A DNA stretch of 15,046 nucleotides. Source: Zygophlyctis sp. KS116. Its lineage: Eukaryota; Fungi; Chytridiomycota. The stretch's first letter is position 1; every line of letters starts with the position of its first letter. The translations under genes and the position numbers were made by a program. The stretch is from assembly GCA_054661495.1 (NCBI GenBank), contig BAAFSQ010000242.1:1-15046 (forward strand). Direction: 5' to 3'. Of this stretch, positions 1 through 10,246 are shown in pieces. Below the pieces are notes generated by a model. The model saw only the letters and a program-made list of their open reading frames with translations, did not search any database and was not told where the DNA came from.

Positions 1-157
1 TTAGTTTGGTTCTAGCTGCTTTTGCAACCGCTGTTGCATCAGCCGGCAAAGCTTGCAAACCATCTCTTTCTCTTCTTTTAGCCAAGTAATTCTCTTTGGC
101 TTGATTATATCTTGCCTCTGCATCTTGCAGTAAAACTTGTATTTCTTCTTGATCCAT
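1..157 (-). CDS. 5' part of a hypothetical protein running off the window edge (MDQEEIQVLLQDAEARYNQAKENYLAKRRERDGLQALPADATAVAKAARTKL...)
   Basis: ATG at 157-155 opens a stop-free frame to the window edge with helical/coiled-coil-like composition. This is a different frame from the track's 1..207 ORF. No family recognised. Confidence 0.55.
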   Translation of the reverse strand, partial: MDQEEIQVLLQDAEARYNQAKENYLAKRRERDGLQALPADATAVAKAARTKL

Positions 158-398
158 AATGAGCTTGTTGAAAAATAATGTTGTGTCTTAGCTTTGTAAT
201 AAATCAAGTCAACAATACTCTCAAAGCTTTATTTTAAAAACTAGCTGATGTCTGACATCATTCCTGCCGCACTTGTCCGATCTTCACCTTAATCTTAAGT
301 TTAGGTTTTGCCTTCAAGTTAAGGGCAGGCACAACATGGGTTCCTCCAAAGGCAGCTCCATACAAACCTCAAGTCATTAAAAAACTGCAAAAGGAAGA

Positions 399-1307
399 AT
401 GAAATTTATAAAGTCTTACAGCGACTTGTTGTCTAGTGATCCAACTAAATTTATTGTTTTAATGAATATTGGATTTACTGGATCTCAAGGCTCAGTAGAT
501 CAGAGTAGATTAACTGAATTTTTATCAATTTTAAAGTACAAGAAAAGTTTAATGCCTCCTTGTCCATATTGTTTTATTGAATTTCAGGATTTACAAGATG
601 CAACGGTTGCATTTGAATTTATTAAAAACTCTAAATTCTTTCAAAAAGAAATTATTACTAGATATTTACTTAAAATTCCTCAAATTTATTCTCAAAATGT
701 ATTATGTGATCAGCTGGAAATTCAGACTATTAGCGGATTGCATTACTTTCCAGACTTTATTTCAGACCAAGAGGAAAGAGTCTTGTTGGACAGAATCAGG
801 GAAATCGATTCTTGGGATCAGCTCAGTGCTAGGAGAGTGGTAAGGGTTTTAGACTAACAGTTATAGAAGCATTTTGGTTATTCTTATGATTATGTAAGTC
901 AAGGATCAACAAGAGTAGAACCGTTTCCTGATTGGTTGGATTCTGTTTTGCATCGTATTCAAAAACACTACCCTCAATACTCTGAAATTAATCAGGTGAC
1001 AATCAATTGTTATCAGCCAGGGGATGGAATAGGGCCACATTCAGACTCTACAGTTACATTCGGACTAGATCCAATTATTGTCGTATCATTATCATCTCCA
1101 ATAGTCATGGATTTTATAAAGGATAAAAGGAAATTATGCATTGATGTAGACAAAAAGTCATTACTAGTCATGTCTGATGACTCTAGATTAAATTGGAAAC
1201 ATGGGATTAGGAATAGAAAGATTGACTATGTAAATGGGCTATTAAGAACTAGAGGAACAAGAATTAGTGTAACATTTAGGAAAGTTTATAATTTTTCCTC
1301 TGATTGA
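399..1307 (+). CDS. ALKBH8: ALKBH8-like 2OG-Fe(II) dioxygenase (RRM + AlkB domain, no methyltransferase domain); exons 399-839, 867-1307
   Basis: RRM-like N-terminus (FIVLMNIG...LMPPCPYCFIEF). Removing the 27-nt intron 840-866 (GTAAGG...ACTAAC...TAG) gives RRVKHFGYSYDY. AlkB motifs: NCYQPGDGIGPHSD (HxD), WKHGI (H), RISVTFR. The start could extend to the in-frame ATG at 336 if 373-393 is an intron. Confidence 0.85.
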
Positions 1308-2332
1308 TTATAGACTCTATACATGCCCTTGGATTTTCTACACAAATAGAATGACCTTCATCATCAAAAACATAAAATTGTGCAGATGGTACAAGAGATT
1401 TACACTTTGATACTATAAATTAAATAAAATTAAATTTACAAAGTGAAAATGGAACTACAGAGTCTTTACTACCCCAAATAAACCCAACTCTTTTATAAAG
1501 TAAAGTTTCAAGTTTGGAATATTGAAAATCCATATTACATAGAGGAAAATATTGTACAGTTGAGTAATACGCTCTAAGAAATCCAGGATCTTTTTTATAA
1601 ATTTAGTAAAAACTTACGACTCTTTATATGATCTGCAGTCATTATTTTAGCACGAATAACATTTGCATCAGAGTTTTTCTTGAAATTAGATTCTGAAATC
1701 CTTTCAAGAACTTTTCTTCCAAATATATACCAAATCACAGGCCCAATAACTGGAGTTTGCAAAACATGTGCTATTACTGGTAGATTATTCAAAAGTCCAG
1801 CAGGCGCAATCAAAGATAACGTCAAAATCTTTTCAGGATATTGTGCAGCAAACGCTGTAGCAATTGCTAAAATTATGAGATAAAACAACTTACCACCTCC
1901 CAATGACAATCCACATAAATGAAAAGAATCCCATCCTAGATCATCACATAAAAAATACAATTGAGCCACATACAAACCATCATTATACTGAGCGGCGGGT
2001 GCAGAAGAGAAACCTCTCCCAAACAAATCATAAATCAGAACCTGAAATCCAGCATCAGCCAATCCTTGAATAAATTCAGGAAATACACTAGCTGTCGCAG
2101 TTATACCATGAATAAAAACCAGTTTATCCCCATTTTCATGTCCGACCAACGTATACCGAGTTGTACCAAATGGACTCTTTGAATCTCTAGTTTTTGAATT
2201 TTCCCAATGGTTTCTCTTCCAACTGCATGCATCGACATGGGATAAATTCCCCATTTCATGCTTATGGCTGGGCACTATTAGAAACCACAGCATAATAGTC
2301 AATATTAAAAACAATAATACAAAAACAATCAT
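1276..2332 (-). CDS. Alpha/beta-fold hydrolase with N-terminal signal anchor; introns 1867-1893, 1590-1617, 1413-1439
   Basis: Hydrophobic N-terminus MIVFVLLFLILTIMLWFLIVP; LVFIHG oxyanion motif; YDLFGRGFS. The spliced nucleophile elbow is GLSLGGAIA, with acid motif WGSKDSVVP and His motif DEGHSI. Three GT-AG introns (27, 28, 27 nt) give a continuous frame to TAA at 1278-1276. Confidence 0.9.
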
Positions 2333-2410
2333 TTCCCTTGAGCTGAGGCTCTGGGTTAGCTTAATTTTAAACAATCTATTTCATCTATTACTTATTATAC
2401 ATCTTGAATT

Positions 2411-2785
2411 TTACTTTTTTAAATTTATATTGAGAGCAGATTTGTTGACATCCGTTTCAGTCGGAGGCCATGCAATCCCTTCATCAAAGTCTGTTTTAAT
2501 TGTTTTTACAACTAGAATCTTTGGACACTCATTTTGGATATAATCTAAAATTTCGGACATCATTTCAGGAAAGCTATTCATCATTGCTCCTCCTACAAGA
2601 AACATTGCTCCTTTTTCAGATGCTTCCTTGAGAATAATCTTGATTTCATTCATTGGAATCTCCTTGCAGAGAATAGCAGATACATCAGAGTATCCATTCA
2701 AGTTTAGAATTTCAACTTTTCCTTTAGTATGGCCTTGAAGATGGCCAATATTAATGATTTTAGTTTTTTTGGTAAATTTCGGCAT
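2411..2785 (-). CDS. Hypothetical protein, 124 aa (MPKFTKKTKIINIGHLQGH...)
   Basis: ATG at 2785 and an uninterrupted frame with globular-protein composition, filling the gap between two genes. No family recognised. The 3' end could be altered by a terminal micro-intron. Confidence 0.7.
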   Translation of the reverse strand: MPKFTKKTKIINIGHLQGHTKGKVEILNLNGYSDVSAILCKEIPMNEIKIILKEASEKGAMFLVGGAMMNSFPEMMSEILDYIQNECPKILVVKTIKTDFDEGIAWPPTETDVNKSALNINLKK

Positions 2786-2826
2786 TAAATTTCTCCGGTT
2801 TCCTAACAATTTGCTTTATTAAGTCA

Positions 2827-3976
2827 CTAAAATCCTGCATTTTTAATGCACGATACTGCTGATAGAAAACTAGCTTCTACTCTAGGTTGTCTAGTATAAG
2901 AATCTCCAACCAAATGCAAGGATAAAGATGATTTCTTATCAGAATTTGAATAAAATGAAACATGTTCCTATACTTTTTTAAAGAAATTTTAGACTTACAG
3001 AATCTTCCAAATCTCTAGAATTTTCATTACTACTATGATTAAATAGAGGAACTGCATATTTCCACTTTTTAAGACTCCAAGACTGAATATTATGACTAAA
3101 TTCGCGTAATAGACTTGATTCAATTATTTTTTTGTAAATTTCTTCATTACAAGAGTCATAATATTCTCTACTAAATTCAGGATTACAATGAATAGTAATT
3201 ATATCAAAGTCTCCAGATTTTGTAGTCGACATCTTTTTTGAATTATTACTTGCAATCCATTGAATAATTTCATCATTATCAATTCTAATAGCTTTTTGAT
3301 TAGAACTCAATTTCTCTGAATCTGTTCTAGGTAATATTGCTATTAAACACAAACAAGGATCATATACTTTTGATTTTGCCAATTGATTCACATTATTTAA
3401 ATTGCAATTAAATTTTAATGCATTTTCACCTTGTAAAACCACATTTTGAATCATTGGAATTGCTTGTGGTAGAGGCATTGTAATTATAACATGATTACAT
3501 TGAATACTATCCTTGTTATCTAATTCAACCTGGAATTGACTTTGCTGATTAGATAAAATTATTTCTGTAACTCTTGTATTCAAGTAAATTTGACAATTTG
3601 GATGATCCTTCAAATCAGAAAACGCCTGTTGAACCAGTCCATTTAGACCCAAATGACTAGAATACCGTGGATGACCATCTGACTGATCTGATTTTAATTT
3701 TGATAGATTTGTTTCTGTAAACCCACCAAGAGACCAAACATGAATATATCCTCCATCTAATCCTGGTTGAATAAATTGTTCCTTGAAAGCATTAGATCTA
3801 GCAGTTATAAATTGAGCGCCTGTATCAGCCTTGAATTCATTCAGTCTTCTAGTTGCAAGTCTTCCACCGATCGAACTTGATTTTTCTACAAGTAAAACAT
3901 TATAATTTAGTTTTAATAATTCCCTTGCAGCAGTACAACCAGCGATCCCCGCTCCAATAACTGTAACAATCGACAT
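2827..3976 (-). CDS. Renalase-like NAD(P)/FAD-dependent oxidoreductase (COG3380 type); intron 2968-2998
   Basis: Rossmann motif VIGAGIAG, then EKSSSIGGRLATRR, DTGAQFITAR and KWKYAVP. Removing the 31-nt intron adds a last exon with LVGDSYTRQPRVEASFLSA, matching the family C-terminal GD...RVE.A.LS motif. Stop TAG at 2829-2827. Confidence 0.88.
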
Positions 3977-4091
3977 GACTAGAGTCCTATCAGATTAATA
4001 ATGATTAAAATACCAAGACTTGGCGCTCTTATCGGCGTAGGAAAAAGTTCAAGTTTTAGTGGGAGTTGTAGTGCAAGTTGATTATTTGTAG
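3977..4091. promoter_or_regulatory. Probable bidirectional promoter (115 bp) between the renalase-like and FabG-like genes
   Basis: Head-to-head start codons at 3976 and 4092, with a locally GC-richer patch at about 4020-4041. Confidence 0.6.
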
Positions 4092-4784
4092 ATGCGGGGA
4101 CTTGTAACTGGTGCATCAAGAGGATTGGGACTAGAAATCGCACGGCAATTATCAGAAACTCACTCTGAACTCATTCTGATATCTAGAAATGCTGAGCGAT
4201 TAAGATCTATTAAACTGAAATCAAAGATTATTCCATATGCTGTAGATTTGTCAAGGGATATTACAGATTTTCTTCATGATCATGAGTTCGGACATGTTGA
4301 TACTTTTGTTCATTGTGCTGGAATAGCATATGATAATCTACTACTAAAAAGTAAATTTCAAGATATTCAATCTGTTTTTCAGACAAATCTAATATCTGGA
4401 ATACAATTATCACAGAAATTAGTCAGGAATATGATCAAGATGAAAAAGGGGAATATAATCTTTATTTCAAGTTGTGTTGGTTTAAAAGGGAATGCAGGAC
4501 AGGCTGTATATAGTGCATCAAAGGCTGGGATATATGGGTTAACAAGATCGCTTGCAAAAGAGTTGGGGCCAAAAGGAATACGTGTAAATGCAATTTCTCC
4601 AGGGGTCTTTCAGACTGATATGACTAGTCATCTTTCACAAGAGAAAAAAAGAGATTATATTTCAAAAACTAGTCTTGGAAGGCTAGGAGATCCAAGGGAA
4701 ATCAGACCAGCAGTGCAATATTTACTAGATTCTACTTTTGTCACGGGTCAAGTTATAGAAGTAGATGGAGGATTACAGTTTTAA
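4092..4784 (+). CDS. fabG: 3-oxoacyl-ACP reductase-like short-chain dehydrogenase/reductase (FabG/OAR1/CBR4 type, probably mitochondrial FAS II)
   Basis: Single exon of 230 aa with TGASRGLG cofactor motif, GNAGQAVYSASKAG (YxxxK), GIRVNAISPG and FVTGQVIEVDGG. Confidence 0.9.
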   Translation: MRGLVTGASRGLGLEIARQLSETHSELILISRNAERLRSIKLKSKIIPYAVDLSRDITDFLHDHEFGHVDTFVHCAGIAYDNLLLKSKFQDIQSVFQTNLISGIQLSQKLVRNMIKMKKGNIIFISSCVGLKGNAGQAVYSASKAGIYGLTRSLAKELGPKGIRVNAISPGVFQTDMTSHLSQEKKRDYISKTSLGRLGDPREIRPAVQYLLDSTFVTGQVIEVDGGLQF

Positions 4785-4789
4785 TCATT

Positions 4790-7700
4790 TTATATTAAAA
4801 GATATTCTTCTCCAACCTTTTCCAAAAATTCCTGTAAAACTAATCTTATATCTTGACGGTCAACATTCATGATTTTAATTCCCAATTTGAAGAATAGTCT
4901 TAAATGTTTTTTGAGGGAGTTTTGACAAGGTTCATGGTCATTAGATTTTTGCTCAAGAATCATTTGAGATAATTCTTCAAAAATGTAAATGATCACATTT
5001 GCCAGAGTTGAAATATCACGTTGGTTCTTTACCTGATCTCCAAGATAATCTATAAAGCGTTGGCATGTTTCAGTAACTTCATTAATGAGAATCTCAGATA
5101 TCAATACTTTTTTCCCTTCAATATTGAGAGATATGTCACCTTCCACTCGAAATATAAAAAATAATATCTTCATGTAATTCAATAAACTGGCACTCTCTTG
5201 TTTTACAAGGCTATGATTAGAATGAATAATATCTTACTTTGGAATATGTTGAGCTAATCCACTTTTCCAGATGGCGTATCGAAGGCCGTAATGACAGTTA
5301 AAATATCGAGCGACAATATAGCTCTCTTGAAAACACTGAATTAGATCTGCTTTTAGACCAGAGTCGACCATCAGTATGATAGAGTCTTGTGCCGGTTCTC
5401 CTATGAAAATTCTTCCCATTGATTGAATCAGTTCAAGGTGGTTCATGCACTTAATTTTTGTGTGGTCAAAGTCAAGATCCTTTAGTAAAACTGATGCAGG
5501 CATAATCCGAAGAGCAATCTCGTTCCCCTTCTCAAATATACTTTGAGTAGAAGTCTCTCTGCTTTCAGGAAAAGATGATTGAGGTTCACTTAACCCATTA
5601 GATTCAAAAAACCCAGAATTTTCTTCAAATCTACAAGCAATTAATTCCACAGGATTTGTAGCACTAAATGCCTTTTTAATATATTCAATGATAATATTTC
5701 TCTTGGATTGAGATTCAACTTTTTGAAAATTGTTTTGTACCCATTGTGAAAAACAAATTTGACCAACTGCTGCCAGATTTTCATCTTTTAATCCCATCAT
5801 TTCAATCATTAAATTGAGGAATAACTTGAGATTTTCCTCCCCCTTGGATCCTAACAATATTTGTTTCAAAAATTTGGTGTATGTTTCCACCCATAGTCTA
5901 AGTGCCGACACGAGAACTACTTTTGAAGATTCGCGTGCATTTAAATCGTTTAAATCTTCAAAGATAGGGAATACTACATTTCTCTGCAGATATTTCCAAT
6001 ATTCAGGCGCGAAAAGATGGCCGCAATTATTGAATAGCTCAAAAACCGCATCTACTGCCTGACAACCAACCGTTACATTTTCAGAATGAATAGCAATTTT
6101 TGAGAATGCAACAAAAAGAGGTAGCCATTCCAAATGAAAATGATCTTCTAAAACAAGACCAGATCCATCTACAGATACGGTGCTTAAAGATACGGAACGC
6201 CGTCTCACATGCGATTCTAAAGGAGAATTTGATCTAGATGCACTCGCATTTGAACCTCCAACATGTATTTCATCATCTGCCTTTTTCATGAGGTTGACAG
6301 CACAGTTACGAAGAAGATTAATGCTTGATGATACAATGTCCCAGTCTCGATTCAATTGAGCAAACTCTGACAAACATGCTATATATTCTATCAAAACATT
6401 GCCGTTTTGAATCAGCTCAAAATATGAGTCAAAGATTAGCTGAACAATTGAAAAGGCTAATCGAATCAATTCTGAGTCTTGATTTTGCTTAGCTACCTGT
6501 CCAATAGTGACAAAAATACTTGACCAGCCTGATCTAATATTTTTAGCTCTGGCAGTTAACATTTGAATGATACTATTTAGTAGAAGATCTTGAACTTCTT
6601 TGGATGAACTATTCTTCATTATCCATTCAAAACTTTTCAAAAATTCAACTTGAGTTGAAAAGTTGCCTAATTCTTCCTTCTCCAAGAACTTGACGGATAA
6701 TTGCCGCAGGGAATCTACTGCGAATTTTGATACCGTAGAACTTGGGTGACAAGCCACGGCATTGAAATGGGGCTGGAGTATTTTCCATATCTGTGTCCAT
6801 TCATAACGTATCCTATGCAAATTATATGATGCAGTTTCCACTAATTTCTGAAGCAAAAATAAACGTGGCTTTATATTTGGATTATCAAGGGAAACTATGA
6901 CCTCTCCATTTTTTATCTGTGAACTTAGACCAACTTCTTCCAGAGAGATTTTACACATACATTTAAAAAAATGAATAATGGCAGCTGCTGAAAGTTCTGT
7001 TGTGGATGTGAAAACCCGGTCTATCGCTATAACGCTTGAAATAAGTCGATAAAAAGAATACCTGCTTTGTTGTTTTAATTCATCGGCCAAGAGATTGATT
7101 ATCTTATTATGTTTATCTGTAGAGTCGGTGGAAGAAGACTTATTCAGCTCTGCTACAGAATTATTGATTATCTGTACTTTTTCCAGTTGCGAAATTACTT
7201 TTAGAACCTGGATCCAACTTGTATCTAAATATTCACCCAGTGTTCTAGATAAAGATAAAATTATTTTGATTGCACAGACGTTTTTGTTTTTCATTCCCGC
7301 AATGTTGCTGAGTGAGGTAAGATTGGCAACAGAAGAAATAAGAGCATCACGCTCTGTATCTAGTTTAAATACAGAAGCTAAATAAATAGTCCCCATAAAT
7401 CCTTGCAGGCATAGATGAACAAAATTTCTATCCATTTCTGTATCAGATATAGACTTTTTCACGTTTGGCTTTTCAAAACCAGAAGTTTCAATCCATTTGA
7501 ATGAGTCTTCAGTGTTCATCGAGACATCTGCGGAAGATTCAAACAAGAATCCCAAAGTGGCCATTAGTGGCCAGCAAATCAAAGAAAACATTAGCCGTGC
7601 AATTTCAGGCTGACGTACAGACTTGAATGGAACTGCTTTTTTCAAAGGGTCGACTGAGGTGATCAATTGGTGCGACTTTTTCTCCATGATTTTCGCTTCT

Positions 7701-10100
7701 TTTTTATACAATTCCTTTTTTTCAAAATCATTTAGATCGTTCAACCGCAAGTTCATGGTTACTAGAGCAACTTTTCCAGAGTGCTCTTCTTCTAAAATAA
7801 TTTCCTCGAGTTTAACTTCATTATATATCGTTTTTAGAAACTCCTCTGGGAGATCATTTTCATCATTGATTCCTCTATTCATTCTAACAAAATCCTCAAC
7901 AGTCATTCGATGTTTAATGGAGGGTGAATGCTGATCTGTGTTAAGCATCATTACTGAAAAGGCCAATGTGTAGGCCGTATCAGCTTTAATAAAAACCTCG
8001 GGATTGGTTTCTACATATCGATCCGCAAACTTTTCCATAATGCGGTCAATTTTTTGAGCTTCTCCTGGCAACCTAAATGATTGTAAAAGCATTCGAATAG
8101 CTTTAACAAAAGGAACATTTTTAAAATCAAAAGTATCCAAGAAAGCGTACATTACTTGAATGTTAAATTCATCCCCATCCCCAAAAAATTCACCGAGTGC
8201 AGTTTTAGAGAGTTCTTGTGAAGATCTAAAGAAAGAAGCAACTGAAGAGCAGTCTTTCTTATCAAATAAGCCTAGCTCTGATAAAAGCAAAAATCCCTTT
8301 TTCGGTTTAGTATTGAAAACGCGAATAGCTTTCAATAAAGCTGTTTTCTTATTAGCGAGCTCTTCTACAATGAAAGAATCATCTTCCGTTTCTTGGTATT
8401 CATTTGAATTCTTGGATGCTTGAGAAATTTCACTATGCTTCTACAAAAATCAAAAACAAGAAATTCGTACCGAAGTCATCTTAATTAGACCCAAAGGATT
8501 CCTCACCAAAGTAACAGGTGCATCCGATATAGAGTCTTGAGAAAATTCAAGTGCTTCTAAAAGTAAATTTTCATTTTTCCTATTTGATGAATGATAATCT
8601 TTGGTCCACTCTAAAAGCGAATGTACAATCGAGACTAAAACACACAAGGCACGATATTTTAATCTTTGTCCAATTTTTAAATTTTCGGCTCTAGAGTCTA
8701 ACCCAGCTACAGAAGCAGCCATTGAAATTAAACCAGAAGTTGGCCTAGATTGGGCAACTATTTTACCCTGTGTAATTTTAACACAAACTTTCAAGATCCT
8801 ATCAAAAAGTGATACTGTAGCGACATTACAGTCATAATTTATAAACAAATCAACCAAAACCTATTGTTTAAATAAAATTCCTAATTCGTACCTGTGGACT
8901 ATCAGCAATCTTTTGCAGCCCTTGTAAAACCACATCTTTTTGGTGATTACTTGAATTTTCCATCTCTAAAATATGTAAAAAAACAGAGTTTAGCAAAACT
9001 TCAACTTCCAAGAGTAAAACAGGCAAGAAAAACCTTAAAATCAACAAGAAATTTGAAATTGACAATTCAAAAAGTTGAGGATGACTTAAAGCCGCATTTT
9101 TCGTAACTGTAATACACAAATACTGTCTTGAAATCAAAATCATTGCTTGATGATTTGAAGAAGACAACATGTAACCATAATTTGATAAAATTGAAACCAA
9201 AAGCTCCAAAGCTAGTGATCTAGCCTTTATACCACTACTTGATATATGATCAATAGTCAAATCTTGACTCTCATGAATACCTTGAAATACCCCATCTACT
9301 GACAGTCCCATAACACAGAGAAACCTTATCAAAAGATACACATCATGCTTACAAATTAAATTTGCAACTTCCGAATCACCACTATAAGGATCATAATACT
9401 CTTTAAATTGGTTTTCTTGATCTAAATCCGCCTCATTTGACGCATCTAGACTCCCTTTTCTTCATTAATTTTTCTTAAATACCTCTTCTCTCCTTTTCCG
9501 ATTCCTTTTGTAAATTTGTAAAAACTTGTGATCCTAGATTTATATGCAACACCTTCTATTTTTTTTAAAAATCTAAATTACATTTTCCATATTTACCCTC
9601 TGACATTTTTGCAGTACTAAATTAACAATTCTAGTTAATGCAGCTTTTGCAGTATTTGAATTTGTAATATTTTTGGAAAATGAATGAATTTGAAAAAAGA
9701 AATCTAGAATCCTAATCATTGAAGAAGCGTGAATTTCAACTTGGGACGACACCAATTCCAATAAAAATTTCATTACAGCCAATTCTAATTCTCTGCAATC
9801 ACTAGTCACAGTAAATATTATTTCATCAATGAGCGATTGCATTATTTTTAGAGGTTTTACCGGATCATTTTCTAGTAAAAATTCCAGCGGTGAAATTTCA
9901 TAATCCAGCGGTAAACTAGCATTGAGTAGAGAATGTGCAGTAATTTTATTTAAAGATTCCAGACATTTTTCCTTTAATTTGTTATTATTTCCTGATAAAA
10001 ATGATTTAAAGAATTTCCAGTTTGACTGCAATGTTTCATCTACTAATTCTTGGGACTGCTGAGAGTCTTTAAAGAGTTTCTCCAACTCTGTTCGGATCAT
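4790..10100 (-). CDS. SEC7: Large ARF guanine-nucleotide exchange factor Sec7/BIG; introns 9556-9581, 9455-9482, 8861-8891, 8441-8470, 7035-7061, 5211-5237
   Basis: Sec7 domain with the Glu finger FRLPGEAQKIDRIMEKFA and LNTDQHS; HUS box LFINYDC; DCB-like AKAALTRIV; HDS regions (FAVDSLRQLS, NIRSGW, PNLVKQES after splicing). Six 26-31 nt GT-AG introns join five track ORFs into one frame. The exact start and the first donor (9581 vs 9596) are uncertain. Confidence 0.95.
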
Positions 10101-10246
10101 GATTTTAACTTGCTGCGTAGGGCTCCAACCGACCACAAGTTTCGGACAACTGCTACTTTTAGACTTTTACACTTTGTATTTACTGGTAGTTTAGACTAAT
10201 AGATTAATAGAAATTGTCATACAAAAGAATATGATTTATACTTGAC
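10101..10246. promoter_or_regulatory. Probable bidirectional promoter between the SEC7 and SAMHD1-like genes
   Basis: Divergent starts at 10100 and 10247; contains TTGTCCGAAA on the minus strand (10140-10149). Confidence 0.55.

Noticed and set aside
1-207. Track ORF MIYYKAKTQHYF... (68 aa)
   Set aside because: Non-ATG start and unconvincing composition; the overlapping frame from ATG 157 looks more protein-like.
2798-2810. RFX X-box-like GTTTCCTAACAAT upstream of the orphan gene
   Set aside because: Two mismatches in the conserved GCAAC half-site, and no comparable site upstream of the CEP78-like gene.
5814-9106. Plus-strand ORFs antisense to SEC7, and similar shadow ORFs at 577, 1680, 1961, 10730, 12381, 12758, 13593, 14167 and 14309
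   Set aside because: They overlap well-supported genes in another frame or strand, many have non-ATG starts, and none shows a recognisable motif.
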